Origin: a virus
Virus record (IMG/VR): IMGVR_UViG_3300029713_000071
Coordinates: 1 to 12,588 of that record
DNA: 12,588 nucleotides
Direction: 5' to 3' (one strand)
Shown: positions 1 to 6,204 of the stretch, in pieces
Position numbering within the stretch: position 1 is the first letter of the stretch
Layout: each line of letters starts with the position of its first letter
The notes under the pieces: generated by a model
Databases searched by the model: none
Told to the model about the DNA's origin: nothing
Seen by the model: the letters and a program-made list of their open reading frames with translations, nothing else
Translations under genes and position numbers: made by a program

Positions 1-78
1 TCTATCTTGCCGCCCTCGCTCCAATAGCCGTAGTTGTAGGCCGTCTTTGTGTCGTGGCTTGCATGGTTTAGCGCGTTT
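1..78. repeat. Terminal direct repeat, left copy (circular-closure overlap)
   Basis: tctatcttgccgccctcgct...gcatggtttagcgcgttt is identical base for base to 12511-12588. It lies inside a minus-strand ORF. Confidence 0.95.
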
Positions 79-296
79 TGCCTGGTTTCGGCTGTGAAAA
101 CCCAGCTCAAACCCTTACGGCTTACCGCGAAATGCTGTAGCAACGGCCTTTTCTCTTGAATGTTGCGCCGGATTACGCCGCTTGCTTCGCTCATGGTTAG
201 CCGGTCTATTTGGCTTGCGTCTACTTCGCCATTTGCTATCTGCTCGTGAAAGTGTGCCTTTATCCAGGCTGTTTGCTTTTCGCTTGCCGGTTTCAT
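1..296 (-). CDS. Hypothetical protein, N-terminal part of a 138-aa junction-spanning ORF (continues at 12510)
   Basis: Absent from the ORF track because it runs off the window edge. ATG at 296 (cat at 294-296). Hand translation: MKPASEKQTAWIKAHFHEQIANGEVDASQIDRLTMSEASGVIRRNIQEKRPLLQHFAVSRKGLSWVFTAETRQNALNHASHDTKTAYNYGYWSEGGKI, with no stop down to base 1. In-frame GTG and TTG alternatives lie just upstream (305, 311). No family recognised. Confidence 0.6.
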   Translation of the reverse strand, partial: MKPASEKQTAWIKAHFHEQIANGEVDASQIDRLTMSEASGVIRRNIQEKRPLLQHFAVSRKGLSWVFTAETRQNALNHASHDTKTAYNYGYWSEGGKI

Positions 297-342
297 TGCT
301 ACCACGCCCAATGGTCGCTAGCGTTGCCCGTTGCCATAGCTC

Positions 343-753
343 CTACCTTCCGAACATCTCGCAAACCTTTAGCCACTCTTCTATAGAAATGTCGCGTGGC
401 TTGTCGGTTTCCGGGTCGTAGCTAACGGCAATGAACGTTCCGAAAATCACGTCGTAGAGGTCGCCGCGCTTTACTACGCTCTTGTAGTCCATCTGGGAAA
501 GATAGCCTTCTTTCTCCATGTGGTCGTTAGCGTAGATAGCCCGGTTAGGCGTTGAGCCGTTGAGCGAGGATTCTTCGTTGACGTAAATCAATGGTTCGTC
601 GCCCCAAAGAACGCTATAGGCTTCTACGGGGCCTCCTACTTCCCTTTGGAACGCGCCCAGGTAGCTAGCTTCCAGGCCTTCCCGGTCTTCCGGCTCTACT
701 TCCTTCAAATACGGGTCGCGCCCAGGCTCAATAACCGCAATGTGGATGCCCAT
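343..753 (-). CDS. DUF3846-like protein, function unknown
   Basis: 136-aa ORF with ATG at 753 and AAAGGG 8 nt upstream. The pattern IAVIEPGRDP...LGAFQREVGGPVEA...IYVNEESSLNGSTPNRAIY...YDVIFGTFIAV...ISIEEW matches my recollection of the DUF3846 family, common on Firmicutes mobile elements. Confidence 0.6.
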   Translation of the reverse strand: MGIHIAVIEPGRDPYLKEVEPEDREGLEASYLGAFQREVGGPVEAYSVLWGDEPLIYVNEESSLNGSTPNRAIYANDHMEKEGYLSQMDYKSVVKRGDLYDVIFGTFIAVSYDPETDKPRDISIEEWLKVCEMFGR

Positions 754-785
754 TTGTGCCGCCCTTTCTTTGTCGATTATAAAGG

Positions 786-815
786 CTACTTGTCCATTGT
801 AGTCTATTTGTCCAT
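786..815. promoter_or_regulatory. Two 12-bp direct repeats (CTAYTTGTCCAT) overlapping the promoter; candidate operator
   Basis: ctacttgtccat at 786-797 and ctatttgtccat at 804-815, 18 bp apart. One overlaps the -10 and start site, the other sits in the spacer. Confidence 0.5.
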
Positions 816-824
816 TTGTGTCAA
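796..824 (-). promoter_or_regulatory. Near-consensus sigma-70 promoter for the cargo and maintenance operon
   Basis: Minus strand reads TTGACA (824-819), a 17-nt spacer, then TACAAT (801-796), about 40 nt upstream of the ATG at 753. Confidence 0.65.
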
Positions 825-840
825 TTGGAATGTTGTACCA

Positions 841-856
841 TTCTTACATTCTTTCA
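841..856. promoter_or_regulatory. Octamer doublet TTCTTACA TTCTTTCA just upstream of the -35
   Basis: Tandem 8-mers at 841-848 and 849-856, the same motif family as at 3427-3442, 7466-7535, 8021-8036 and 8318-8333. Confidence 0.45.
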
Positions 857-873
857 AAGCCTATCCAGGCATA

Positions 874-920
874 GAAAAACGGCCCTCTAGAATCGCTTCT
901 AAGGCGTTCTAAAAGGCCGC
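874..920 (-). terminator. Weak candidate terminator after the head-closure gene
   Basis: Minus strand: CGGCC...TAGAAgcgaTTCTA...GGCCG, then TTTTT (plus-strand aaaaa at 875-879). The stem is long and imperfect. Confidence 0.3.
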
Positions 921-982
921 TTCGAGTATTTGCCCATTGCCGCGCTAACGCGCCGCTACGTGGCTCTCTGTGGCTTCTGGGG

Positions 983-1384
983 CTATTTCCCGTTTTGGGC
1001 TAGCTTCTTGGGGTCGTAAGGGATTATGGGGCTAATGGTATTGCCGTCCTTTCGGCTACCATACAAAACCATGTCGCGCGTATAGTCCTCGTATGGGTCA
1101 ATGCGCGTAACCTGGTAGAGAATGCCCCTATAGCCTATTACTAGGTCGCTGGGGTAAGCCGTGCGCAAGCAATCCAGCCAATTAACCCGGAAAAGGCAAT
1201 CTTCCTTTGTGGTCGTGGTGCTGCTCGCATAGACAAGGCTTGCCGAAAGCTGTTTGAAGTAAGCCCAGATACTAGGCTGCGGGTGTACCGGCATGTATCC
1301 GTCAACCGGAAAGCCCTCCGCGTCCCTATAGCTTAGCTTCTTGTAGATAACAATCTTCTTATCCTTTAGAACCTGGTTAGCCAT
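983..1384 (-). CDS. Head-closure / head-tail adaptor protein (HK97 gp9 / SPP1 gp16-like)
   Basis: 133 aa, GAAGGAGGG RBS 6 nt before the ATG at 1384. The C-terminal pattern LFRVNW...DLVIGYRGILYQVTRIDPYEDYTRDMVLYG resembles the Phage_H_T_join family. It sits in the head module. Confidence 0.6.
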   Translation of the reverse strand: MANQVLKDKKIVIYKKLSYRDAEGFPVDGYMPVHPQPSIWAYFKQLSASLVYASSTTTTKEDCLFRVNWLDCLRTAYPSDLVIGYRGILYQVTRIDPYEDYTRDMVLYGSRKDGNTISPIIPYDPKKLAQNGK

Positions 1385-1398
1385 TTCTAGCCCTCCTT

Positions 1399-3039
1399 CT
1401 ACAGTGCGTTTAGAAACTCGTTGTAGTGCTCGTAAAGCCCTACGTAAGCGTCCAGTAGGCTTGCCGTGCCGTCTATGCGCCGCTTCGCGTTGCTGTTCTT
1501 AACCGGAACGATGTTGCCGTTACGGTCTTCCTGAATGCCGGTGTTTGTAAGGCACCATTTCAAAACCGGGTTGTTGTTGTAGATAACCTTCTTTGCCTGT
1601 AGGTCTGCGCCCAGGTTTTGCATGGGCAAGGAAAGCGTTTTAGCGCCCTGTATGCAACGCTCCATAGGAAAGCCGTAGCCCTCCATTTCCTCAACCCAGT
1701 AACGCGCGCTCCAACTGTCGTAGTAAACCCACAAAGGCGTTATGCCGTGCTCTTTGACTATCTCCAAAAACCATGCCGTTACGTCGCTGTAGTTAATCGT
1801 GTTGCCCTTGCAAAGCCGCACTAAACCGGCTTCTAGCCATTTGTCGTAGGGTATTTTCTCTTGCTCTACCCTCTGCGTGAAATTCTCTTCCGGTAGCCAA
1901 TACATTTGATGTATGTAGCGCTTGTGCGTCTCCGGGTGCATCATTAGAACCGTTGCGCATGTTAGGTCGGTCGTTAGCGACAAATCCGCGCCGCCAATGG
2001 CATACGCGCCCCGGAAGTCTTCAAGCGAAAATGTCTCTTCGTTGTTGATGCTGTCAAAGTCCAGCCACGCGTTATAGCGCGTCTCCCTTACGTTGAAGTC
2101 CTTGCAAAGGATGCCGCTAAGGTCTTTGGGGCTTTGCTTCGCGCGCTCCACCTTGGCTACAAGGTCTTCTAGCTTTTTAATCCGGCCTAAGCCTGGGTTG
2201 GCTTTGAACCATGCCGCCGGGTCTGTCCACTCGGCTTTAGCGTCCAGCTCGTAAATGATGGGCAAAAACGTAGGGTCGTTGATAACGCCGTCTACAACCT
2301 TACATGCATACTCGTAAGTATCATCGAAGATGCATTCGCGCACGGTTCCGGCCGTGGTAATCATCACTAGCAGGGGTTGCCGCCTAGCGCTTTGGCTCTG
2401 CTTCATGACCTCGTACAAATTGCGGTCTTTGATGCCGTGCAGCTCGTCAATGATTACGCAACTGCTGTTCAAGCCGTCCAGGGTGTCGCTGTTCTTGCCC
2501 AGGGCTTGCATCTTGCTCATAGCAGCCGAAAAATACAAATCGGTCTTGCGCTTCTTTATGTGCTTCCGTAGGTATGGGCTTTGGCTTACCATGTGGCAAA
2601 CTTCGTCAAAGATTATCTTTGCCTGGTCTTTCTTCGTGGCCACGCTGTAGATTTCCGCCCCGGCTTCGTTATCCGCAAGCATCATGTAAAGGGCTATGCC
2701 CGCTAGCATGGTGCTTTTGCCGTTCTTGCGCGCAACCATAAAGAAGGCTTCGCGGTACTTCCGCAAGCCTGTTTCGCTATCGACAAAGCCGAAAAGCGCG
2801 CTAATAAAGGCCTTTTGGAAAAGCTCTAGCCGCACGGGTTGCCCCGCCCATTCGCCCTTTGAGTGCTTGCAAAAGCGTTCTATGAACTCGATAGGCCGGT
2901 TTGCCTTCGCTTCGTCAAAGCGATATTTGCCGGGGTTGTCCATGTCGTAGACTAGCCGCGCGTATTCCTTCCTAACGCGCTTGCTCGTTACGATTTCCCC
3001 GGCTTCTATCTTGTCGGCGTATGCCTTAATCCAGTTCAT
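1399..3039 (-). CDS. terL: Terminase large subunit (Terminase_1 family)
   Basis: 546 aa with Walker A VARKNGKST, a Walker B-like CVIIDELH, and a C-terminal nuclease-type region. It lies immediately downstream of the small terminase gene. Confidence 0.9.
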   Translation of the reverse strand: MNWIKAYADKIEAGEIVTSKRVRKEYARLVYDMDNPGKYRFDEAKANRPIEFIERFCKHSKGEWAGQPVRLELFQKAFISALFGFVDSETGLRKYREAFFMVARKNGKSTMLAGIALYMMLADNEAGAEIYSVATKKDQAKIIFDEVCHMVSQSPYLRKHIKKRKTDLYFSAAMSKMQALGKNSDTLDGLNSSCVIIDELHGIKDRNLYEVMKQSQSARRQPLLVMITTAGTVRECIFDDTYEYACKVVDGVINDPTFLPIIYELDAKAEWTDPAAWFKANPGLGRIKKLEDLVAKVERAKQSPKDLSGILCKDFNVRETRYNAWLDFDSINNEETFSLEDFRGAYAIGGADLSLTTDLTCATVLMMHPETHKRYIHQMYWLPEENFTQRVEQEKIPYDKWLEAGLVRLCKGNTINYSDVTAWFLEIVKEHGITPLWVYYDSWSARYWVEEMEGYGFPMERCIQGAKTLSLPMQNLGADLQAKKVIYNNNPVLKWCLTNTGIQEDRNGNIVPVKNSNAKRRIDGTASLLDAYVGLYEHYNEFLNAL

Positions 3040-3048
3040 ACGCCGCCC

Positions 3049-3414
3049 CTATGGCCTTGCGTCCAGGAAGGCCATAAGCTCGTCTTCCGCGCCCTTCGCT
3101 TCGTCCTTGGGCAAAAGCTCGCAAAGCTGTCTGTAAAGAAGGCTGTAGCGCTGAATAAGCGTGCTGTAGCTCTTTAGCGCTGGGCTTTCCCTAAGCATTT
3201 CTTGTTTGCCGTTCTTGAAAAGCTCCACCGCGCCTTTTTCGTCCACGTCCGCGCGCAACTCTTCAAGCGTGCAAGCCATGAAAACTAACTCACGGGTCAA
3301 GCTGTCCGCTACGGCCTTCTTCGATTCCGGCACGGCCTTGGCAATCTTGTTGAGCTTGCGCGTTTCTGCGCGCCTGGTTTTGTCTTTGTCTATCTCCATG
3401 CTATCTACCCCCAT
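3049..3414 (-). CDS. terS: Putative terminase small subunit (P27-like)
   Basis: 121-aa helical, charged protein directly upstream of terL. The segment EELRADVDEKGAVELFKNGKQEMLRESPALKSY resembles the P27 small-terminase pattern. The second ATG at 3399 (MEIDKDK...) has GGGGG 8 nt upstream and may be the true start. Confidence 0.6.
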   Translation of the reverse strand: MGVDSMEIDKDKTRRAETRKLNKIAKAVPESKKAVADSLTRELVFMACTLEELRADVDEKGAVELFKNGKQEMLRESPALKSYSTLIQRYSLLYRQLCELLPKDEAKGAEDELMAFLDARP

Positions 3415-3758
3415 TTCAAGTAATCATGTAAGCATGTAAGCATACTTACCCCCCTCCTATGGGAAACCTCGGAGAGGTTTAGAGAGGTGGGCGCTGTGAT
3501 TAAGTGGCGGGCTGCTCCGCCTTCGCCCTGGGGGCGTTCGGGGAATGGTTACCGCTGTGTAAGACGCTCCGAATAGCAGCCACTAGCGCGAAAGAAGGAG
3601 TTAGTAGGGCTAATAGCTGTTGCCTTGGTCTGCTTCCCCGAAAACCAGGCTTCTAGCCTTTGGGTTACTAGCCGGTTGAGCGTCCCGGCAAAGCCCCCGC
3701 CGTCTGTCCGCCTGGCAAGCATCCCTAGCCGTTACCCGGAACGCCTTGCACAACGTAC
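3415..3758. other. 344-bp non-coding HNH-terS spacer; probable cos / terminase recognition region
   Basis: It is by far the largest gap inside the head operon, with short GC hairpins (aaacctc-gga-gaggttt, ggcgg-gctgct-ccgcc, cgccc-tgg-gggcg, aggct-tct-agcct). HK97-like HNH-dependent cos phages place cos next to terS. Confidence 0.4.
3427..3442. promoter_or_regulatory. Octamer doublet TGTAAGCA TGTAAGCA upstream of terS
   Basis: Exact tandem 8-mers at 3427-3434 and 3435-3442, followed by an inverted half CTTAC at 3445-3449. Confidence 0.45.
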
Positions 3759-4061
3759 CTATTCCTTTACCAGGTTGCCCGCTGCATCGAACCGCAAGCC
3801 CTCCGCCGTCGCCCTGCTCGTGAAGTGCTCGTGTTGGTGGCACGTCTGGCAAAGCGCTTCCAGGTTGTCCCAGTTGAGCGTTACGTTTGGGTCGTTGATG
3901 TTGGCGGGCGTTATATAGGTCTTGTGATGGACTATGAAGGCCGGTCGCCCGCAACGCTCGCATACATAGTGCTTGCTCTGCATGTAAGCCCTTTGGGTAT
4001 CCCTCCATGCCTTAGACGTGTAGAACGCCTTTGCAAACTCCTTCATAGTCCACCACTCCAC
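3759..4061 (-). CDS. HNH endonuclease (terminase-associated type)
   Basis: Contains CERCGRP...IVHHK...NLEALCQTCHQHEH (CxxC plus HNH/His-Me finger). The GVG-like GTG at 4061 or, more likely, the ATG at 4046 (MKEFAKAFYTSKAWR) is the start. Confidence 0.85.
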   Translation of the reverse strand: MEWWTMKEFAKAFYTSKAWRDTQRAYMQSKHYVCERCGRPAFIVHHKTYITPANINDPNVTLNWDNLEALCQTCHQHEHFTSRATAEGLRFDAAGNLVKE

Positions 4062-4065
4062 CTAG

Positions 4066-4341
4066 CTAGCCCACGTGCGCTACCGCCTTTAGCAGGTTGT
4101 CAATTGAGCGTTGCAGCTTGTCCGTGTCGGCCTGGGTCGGGTCGTACCAAAGCGACAAGAGGAACTTTGTAGCCGTCTGGGCAAGCGGGCTTGCCGCCTG
4201 GTCTTCTACGGTTAGGCCGGTCGCAATCGTGATGTATTGCGCCGCGCCCTCGATAAGTCCGGCAATAACCGCGTCATTGTCGGTGTTGTCCAGGCGCAAC
4301 CACTCGCGCGCTTCGTCCAGGCTGATAACCGCGTTAGTCAT
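4066..4341 (-). CDS. gp6-like head-tail connector (Phage_connect_1-like)
   Basis: 91 aa. The N-terminus ISLDEAREWLRLDNTDNDAVIAGLIEGAAQYI is the typical motif of this family. It lies directly after the capsid gene, with a GGGGAGGG RBS. Confidence 0.7.
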   Translation of the reverse strand: MTNAVISLDEAREWLRLDNTDNDAVIAGLIEGAAQYITIATGLTVEDQAASPLAQTATKFLLSLWYDPTQADTDKLQRSIDNLLKAVAHVG

Positions 4342-4361
4342 ACGTCAAGCCCTCCCCGCTA

Positions 4362-5621
4362 CTACTTGCTTGCAACGGAAAGCTTCACGAAAGCATCCGG
4401 GGCAATAACCTTGGTATCCGCAATAGCCATGCCGCGATAGTCGATAAGGCCGGAACGGAAAGCCGACTGGGTAGAAGACTCAACCGCAATGCCGTTGGCA
4501 AGGTTGTAGCCCAGGTAATTGAAGTCGCCGAAATAGGCCACGTTATCCGCCACAAAGTCATCAACGACAACATCAAAGCCAAGAATCTTGCCGATGGTCT
4601 CGTTACGCGGGTCGGGAACAAAGATAGGCTTCTTGTTATCGTCCACCATGCCATAGAAGGCCGTGTAAAGGGTCGCGTTGTTCATAACCCACTTAGCACG
4701 ACGGGCATAGCCGCGCTTCAGAAGGGCAACCGCCTTTACAACGTCCAGGTAGGCAATAGAACCGCCCGCCGCTACGGTAACGCTGTTCTTAGCGTCCCAG
4801 GTAACGCCCTTCTCAAGTCCCATGCCCTCGCCGGTGCCGGTGCCGTTGATAAGGCCGTCCGCGATGCACTCCATAACGCAGTTGGTGAGCTCGTCGGTAA
4901 GGTAGGCTTCGAATGCGTTAATGCTCATAGCCTTAACCTTCGCGCTGATAGAGAAAATCTTGATAATCTCGTTAGCGTCGAAGGTAACGTTAGTGATACC
5001 GGGCTGCTCGGTGTTCACGGTCGCGCCCTCGGTGTGCCATGCCGCCTTAGCGGAAGGCGTGGCAACCGGAACGGCAATCTTAGAAGGCATGTTGAAGGCG
5101 CGGGCGATGGAAAGCGCGCCGCCCTCGGTGCGTGCCTTGCTGACAATCTCGTTAAGCGTCTGGGTGGGGATGATAACCGGCGTGTTGCCGCTGGTCGTGT
5201 AAGCGTCCGCCGCTCGCTTCTCCACGTCCATAGCGCGGGTAAAGGCGTTCTTCTCGGCCTGGGTAAGGCTCTTGCCGGTAAGCGTCTTGTAGAAGGCGCT
5301 ACGGTACTCGGCACTTGCGAAAACGTCGCCCTTCACGGCCTGGTTGCTACCACCGGCAAAGCTCATGCCGGTAATGGGGTTGTAGCCGCGCGCTTCCGGC
5401 TCCTGCGCGCCCTGTGCGCCGCCCTGGTCGCCCTGGTCGCCCTGCTTCTCCTGCGCGTTAGCCTTGGCCTCGGCAAGGCCGGTAAGCTCGATATTAAGCT
5501 GCTTAATGTCTACGTTCGGGTCGGTCTCGATAAGTGCGTGCATCTCCTGCGCGCGCTTCTCAATCTCGGCAACGCTCATGTTGCGATAGTGGTTAAAAGC
5601 CTGCTGAACAGTGGTAAACAT
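4362..5621 (-). CDS. Major capsid protein, HK97 fold, with N-terminal delta/scaffold domain
   Basis: 419 aa, with a coiled-coil N-terminus followed by a capsid body (...NAFEAYLTDEL...GTGTGEGMGLEKG...NNATLYT...ILGFDVVVDD...). It follows the prohead protease, as in HK97-type modules. Confidence 0.85.
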   Translation of the reverse strand: MFTTVQQAFNHYRNMSVAEIEKRAQEMHALIETDPNVDIKQLNIELTGLAEAKANAQEKQGDQGDQGGAQGAQEPEARGYNPITGMSFAGGSNQAVKGDVFASAEYRSAFYKTLTGKSLTQAEKNAFTRAMDVEKRAADAYTTSGNTPVIIPTQTLNEIVSKARTEGGALSIARAFNMPSKIAVPVATPSAKAAWHTEGATVNTEQPGITNVTFDANEIIKIFSISAKVKAMSINAFEAYLTDELTNCVMECIADGLINGTGTGEGMGLEKGVTWDAKNSVTVAAGGSIAYLDVVKAVALLKRGYARRAKWVMNNATLYTAFYGMVDDNKKPIFVPDPRNETIGKILGFDVVVDDFVADNVAYFGDFNYLGYNLANGIAVESSTQSAFRSGLIDYRGMAIADTKVIAPDAFVKLSVASK

Positions 5622-5625
5622 GTTC

Positions 5626-6204
5626 TTACACCTCTTTCATAAGGATTTTGTTGCAAAGGATTAGCGCGTTGTTTAGCGCTTCAAGCCGGTTAAGCCCTTC
5701 CGTGAAGGCCTTGCGCGCTTCTACGCTTGCCGTCGGGTAGGCCGGGAATGGGCAAACGCTCACTTCGTATACCTTGGCAATCTTCGTAATGGTGCGCGTG
5801 TTGGTCTTCGGGTCGTAGCTGTCCCCGCCTTCCGGAACGGTGAAAGCAAAGCTCATGCCGCTTAGGTCGCCGCGCTTTACTGCCGTATGCACTGCCCTAG
5901 CGTCTTCCGTGTCCGGTAGTTCCGCCCTCATTTCAAGCCCCTGCCGGGTCAACTCAAAATGCAGGGTTTTGGGTGTGCGCGCCAACGGGATACGGTTCAA
6001 GTCGTGGTTGTACAAAAGTCGGCTGTCCGTAAGGTCTGCGCCGTCCAATGCTCCCCGCTTGATGATTTCCGTATAGCTTCCCGCTGGGTCGTTAATCGTT
6101 GTCGGTGTGTCGAAAACGATTGGCATACCCTCCAAAACAAGGCTTTCGCTACCCTCTGCCGTGGGTGCTTCCGCCCTGATTTCGGCTGTTCTTAGCTCTT
6201 TCAT
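5626..6204 (-). CDS. Prohead maturation protease, HK97 family (S78/U35)
   Basis: 192 aa. LLYNHD (catalytic His context) and LSGMSFAF (Ser context). The start overlaps the portal stop by 4 nt. Confidence 0.85.
   Translation of the reverse strand: MKELRTAEIRAEAPTAEGSESLVLEGMPIVFDTPTTINDPAGSYTEIIKRGALDGADLTDSRLLYNHDLNRIPLARTPKTLHFELTRQGLEMRAELPDTEDARAVHTAVKRGDLSGMSFAFTVPEGGDSYDPKTNTRTITKIAKVYEVSVCPFPAYPTASVEARKAFTEGLNRLEALNNALILCNKILMKEV

Noticed and set aside
1-78. Terminal repeats as att sites, LTR/IS ends or true phage direct terminal repeats
   Set aside because: The repeat lies inside a coding frame that continues seamlessly across the join, there is no integrase or transposase, and the length is close to assembler k-mer sizes. 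A closure artefact of a circular molecule is the simpler reading. A genuine short DTR cannot be fully excluded without reads.
182-421. Plus-strand 79-aa ORF at the left end, and other plus-strand ORFs (646-912, 1618-1824, 2330-2950, 3206-3439, 3825-4440, 8817-9104, 10167-10436, 10749-10952, 11298-11576, 11844-12216)
   Set aside because: Each lies antisense to a minus-strand gene with clear family motifs, and none has a convincing RBS or recognisable domain. The window is best explained with zero plus-strand genes.
3610-4008. Minus-strand 132-aa ORF and plus-strand ORF 3625..3918 spanning the HNH gene and the spacer
   Set aside because: Both overlap the well-supported HNH CDS in other frames. 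Their composition is Arg/Pro/Ala-rich, as expected for off-frame GC-rich DNA, and neither has an RBS.
5015-5642. ORFs 5015..5314 (-), 5034..5642 (+) and 4921..5202 (+) inside the capsid gene
   Set aside because: These are off-frame or antisense to the HK97-fold capsid CDS. They give Arg/Pro/Leu-rich, low-complexity translations typical of shadow ORFs.
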